From: Candidatus Multivoradales bacterium
GTDB lineage: Bacteria; Acidobacteriota; Thermoanaerobaculia; Multivoradales; JAHEKO01
Length of the DNA stretch: 64,000 nucleotides
NCBI GenBank assembly: GCA_965223855.1
Contig: CBDCXM010000009.1
Location: forward strand, 512,001-576,000
Direction: 5' to 3'
Notes under the pieces: model-generated
Told to the model about the DNA's origin: nothing
The model's database searches: none
What the model saw: only the letters and a program-made list of their open reading frames with translations
Part shown: positions 61,467-64,000 of the stretch, piece after piece
Numbering within the stretch: the first letter of the stretch is position 1
Layout of the letters: every line of letters starts with the position of its first letter
Made by a program: the position numbers and the translations under genes

Positions 61467-62741
61467 CTAGCCTCTCAGCTCGATCAGGAGCGGGGGCGGC
61501 TCCACCGGCTCGTCACCGATCGCGACCGTCGCTTCGAGCGCTCCGGCAGCCAGCCGGCCGGGATCGCCGTACAGAGTGAAGAGCGGGTCGCCCGCCTCGA
61601 TGCGGTCGCCGATCCGGACCTGTGCTTCCACCCCGACCGACGGATCGACCCGGTCGCCCTGACGCTTGCGGCCGCCGCCCAGCTCGATCACCGCGAATCC
61701 GACCCCTTCGCCGTCGAAGCCGGTGACCCAGCCGGAGCGGGTCGCGACGACGTCATGCGCCTCGGCGAGCGATCGCGGCGCTTCCAGATCGCCCCCCTGA
61801 GCCGCCACCATCCGCGCCAGCCGCTCGCGGGCGGAGCCATCGTCGATCGTCGCCGTGAGCCGGGCTCTCGCCGCTCCCTCGTCTTCTTCGATCCCGGTCG
61901 CCACCAGAAGATCGGCGCACAGCGCCAGCGTCACCTCCAGCAGATCGTCCGGAGCGCATCCCTCGAGCAGTGCCACCGCCTCGTCCACCTCGTTCGCGTT
62001 GCCGACCGCTCGGCCGAGCGGCTGGCTCATGTCGGTGAGCCGCGCGCTGGTCTTCACCCCGTAGACACGTCCCGCAGCGACCAGCGACGCGGCCAGCTCG
62101 CGGGCCCCTTCCAGGGTTTTCATGAACGCCGCCGAGCCAACCTTGACGTCGAACACCAGGGCGTCCAGGGTCTCGGCGACCTTCTTCGACAGGATGCTGC
62201 CGGTGATGAGCGGCACGCTCGCCACCGTGGCGGTGACGTCGCGCAGCGCGTAGAGGCGCCGATCGGCCGGCGCGATCTCGGCGGTCGCGCCGGTGATGAC
62301 GCAGCCGGCGGTCGCCAGCACGCGATCGATCTCGTCGAGCGACAGGTCGGTCCGGAAACCGGGAATCGCTTCGAGCTTGTCGAGGGTGCCACCGGTCGAG
62401 CCGAGGCCGCGACCCGAGATCATCGGCACCTCGAGACCGCACACCGCCAGCAGCGGCGCCAGCGCGATCGAAACCTTGTCGCCGATGCCGCCGGTCGAGT
62501 GTTTGTCGACCCGCGGTCGGTCGCTACGCCGCGGCAGCTCGGTGCCGCTCGCCACCATCGCGCCGGTCAGCGCCGCCGTCTCCTCGGCGCTCATGCCGTT
62601 GAGATAGACCGCCATGGCCCAGGCGGCCATCTGCTCGTCGCCGACGGCACCCGAGGTGTAGCCCTCGATCCACGTCTCGATCTCGGCGGCCCCATGGGTG
62701 CCTCCGTCACGCTTGACGGCGATGAACCGCTCCGGATTCAT
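61467..62741 (-). CDS. pdp: Pyrimidine-nucleoside/thymidine phosphorylase
   Basis: DKHSTGGIGDK, SGRGLG.TGGTLDKLE, SILSKK. Confidence 0.93.
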   Translation of the reverse strand: MNPERFIAVKRDGGTHGAAEIETWIEGYTSGAVGDEQMAAWAMAVYLNGMSAEETAALTGAMVASGTELPRRSDRPRVDKHSTGGIGDKVSIALAPLLAVCGLEVPMISGRGLGSTGGTLDKLEAIPGFRTDLSLDEIDRVLATAGCVITGATAEIAPADRRLYALRDVTATVASVPLITGSILSKKVAETLDALVFDVKVGSAAFMKTLEGARELAASLVAAGRVYGVKTSARLTDMSQPLGRAVGNANEVDEAVALLEGCAPDDLLEVTLALCADLLVATGIEEDEGAARARLTATIDDGSARERLARMVAAQGGDLEAPRSLAEAHDVVATRSGWVTGFDGEGVGFAVIELGGGRKRQGDRVDPSVGVEAQVRIGDRIEAGDPLFTLYGDPGRLAAGALEATVAIGDEPVEPPPLLIELRG

Positions 62742-63568
62742 CCGCCGACCGTCTCCGGCAGGATCGCCTCGACGATCGCGGTCAGATGCCGGCTCGCTCC
62801 ATCCGCCGCCTCCAGCACTTCCTCGTGGCCGGTCTCGTCGAGGCAGTCGGGCCGGCACAGGTTGGTGATCACGGAGAGCCCCAGCACCCGCATCCCGGCG
62901 TGGCGGGCGACGATGACCTCGGGAACCGTCGACATGCCGACCGCATCGGCACCGAGACGGCGCAGCATCCGGTACTCGGCACGGGTCTCGAAGCTCGGCC
63001 CGGTGAAGCCGGCGTAGACACCGGGATGAGCCACCGCGTCGAGGCGTCGCGCGATCGACAGCGCCCGGTCACGGAGGCCCGCGTCGTAGGGCGCGCTCAT
63101 GTCCGGGAAACGCGGCCCCAGCTCGTCGTCGTTGATGCCGAAGAGCGGGTTGTCGAACATCATGTTGATGTGATCTTCGATCACCATCACATCGCCCGAG
63201 CCGAACCGCGGGTTGAGACCACCGCTGGCGTTCGAAACCACCAGAAGCTCGCAGCCGAGCGCTTTCATCACCCGCACCGGGTAGGTCACCTGGGCGAGTG
63301 TCCACCCCTCGTACTTGTGAAAGCGCCCCTGCATCACCACGACCGGTACGCCGGCGAGGGTTCCGAGGAGCAGCCGTCCGGCATGACCTTCGGCGGTCGA
63401 GCGGGGGAAATGGGGCAGCTCGGAGTAGTCGAAGGCGGCCTCCTCCTCCACCCTGTCCGCGAGCGGTCCGAGGCCGCTGCCGAGGATGATCCCGGCCCGC
63501 GGCATCCCCTGCCAGCTCCCGCGGATCGCGGCCGTCGTCTCGGCGACCTGCTCCCGCACTCCCTTCAC
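62738..63568 (-). CDS. punA: Purine nucleoside phosphorylase
   Basis: ILGSGLG, GRFH.YEG, GPSFET.AE, GMSTVPE. Confidence 0.93.
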   Translation of the reverse strand: MKGVREQVAETTAAIRGSWQGMPRAGIILGSGLGPLADRVEEEAAFDYSELPHFPRSTAEGHAGRLLLGTLAGVPVVVMQGRFHKYEGWTLAQVTYPVRVMKALGCELLVVSNASGGLNPRFGSGDVMVIEDHINMMFDNPLFGINDDELGPRFPDMSAPYDAGLRDRALSIARRLDAVAHPGVYAGFTGPSFETRAEYRMLRRLGADAVGMSTVPEVIVARHAGMRVLGLSVITNLCRPDCLDETGHEEVLEAADGASRHLTAIVEAILPETVGG

Positions 63569-63570
63569 CG

Positions 63571-64000
63571 TCAGCTCCGCGCTTCGTGCTCGAGGACCGC
63601 CCTGACCAGGGTCCTGAGCTTCGGCGCCGCGGCCTCGGCGGCTGCGACGATCTCGGAAGCCTCCGCCTCTTCGAGCGCGTCGGGCAGGCACATGTCGGTC
63701 ACCACCGACATGCCGAACACCCGCATCCCCGCGTGCACCGCGGTGATCGTCTCGGGAATCGTCGACATGCCGACGACGTCGGCGCCGATCGCCCGCAGGA
63801 AGCGGTACTCGGCGCGGGTTTCCAGGCAGGGACCGGTGACCGCCACGGTGACGCCACGGTGGGCAGCGAAGTCTCCCCTGCGCGCGGCCGCCAGGGCGAC
63901 GTCGATCAGCGCCGGATCGTAGGGGGCACTCATGTCCGGGAAGCGCGGTCCCAACTCGTCGTCGTTGATACCGATCAACGGGTTGTCGCCGAGCAGGTTG
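63571..64000 (-). CDS. punA: Second purine nucleoside phosphorylase (5' end outside window)
   Basis: GPRFPDMS, GPCLETRAE, GMSTIPE, VTD. Confidence 0.9.
   Translation of the reverse strand, partial: NLLGDNPLIGINDDELGPRFPDMSAPYDPALIDVALAAARRGDFAAHRGVTVAVTGPCLETRAEYRFLRAIGADVVGMSTIPETITAVHAGMRVFGMSVVTDMCLPDALEEAEASEIVAAAEAAAPKLRTLVRAVLEHEARS

Noticed and set aside
61185-63017. 610-aa plus-strand ORF
   Set aside because: Shadow of cdd, pdp and punA.

Overview
High-GC bacterial chromosomal window. The C-terminal FADGFESGD motif, an SBBP protein and a TIGR02999-type ECF/kinase pair suggest Acidobacteriota (Thermoanaerobaculia-like); this is an inference. Most of the window is ordinary housekeeping and envelope genes: trkAH, glpQ/glpK-like, hydrolases, and a nucleoside-salvage cluster (nupC, upp, cdd, pdp, two tandem PNPs, Nudix, TatD). 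The unusual part is an accessory hotspot at ~11.9-21.7 kb next to a Pro-Arg-His-Arg tRNA operon. (1) A RAYT-like HUH/Y1 tyrosine transposase is bounded by 23-bp inverted termini. Both termini carry tandem, variably truncated copies of themselves: 3 x ~150 bp plus a 16-bp copy on the left, and two extra 14-15 bp copies on the right. The right end abuts an apparently decapitated CHAT (caspase-like) gene. (2) A 5.3-kb satellite-like integrative element sits in tRNA-Arg(CCG), with 54-bp att repeats, arm-type sites, integrase, AlpA-like HTH, an unlisted 55-aa Zn-finger ORF, an AAA helicase, an iteron-like origin and one cargo gene. (3) A tRNA trailer that is antisense to its own tRNA, plus duplication scars. 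All functional calls come from motifs read by eye; no database search was run.
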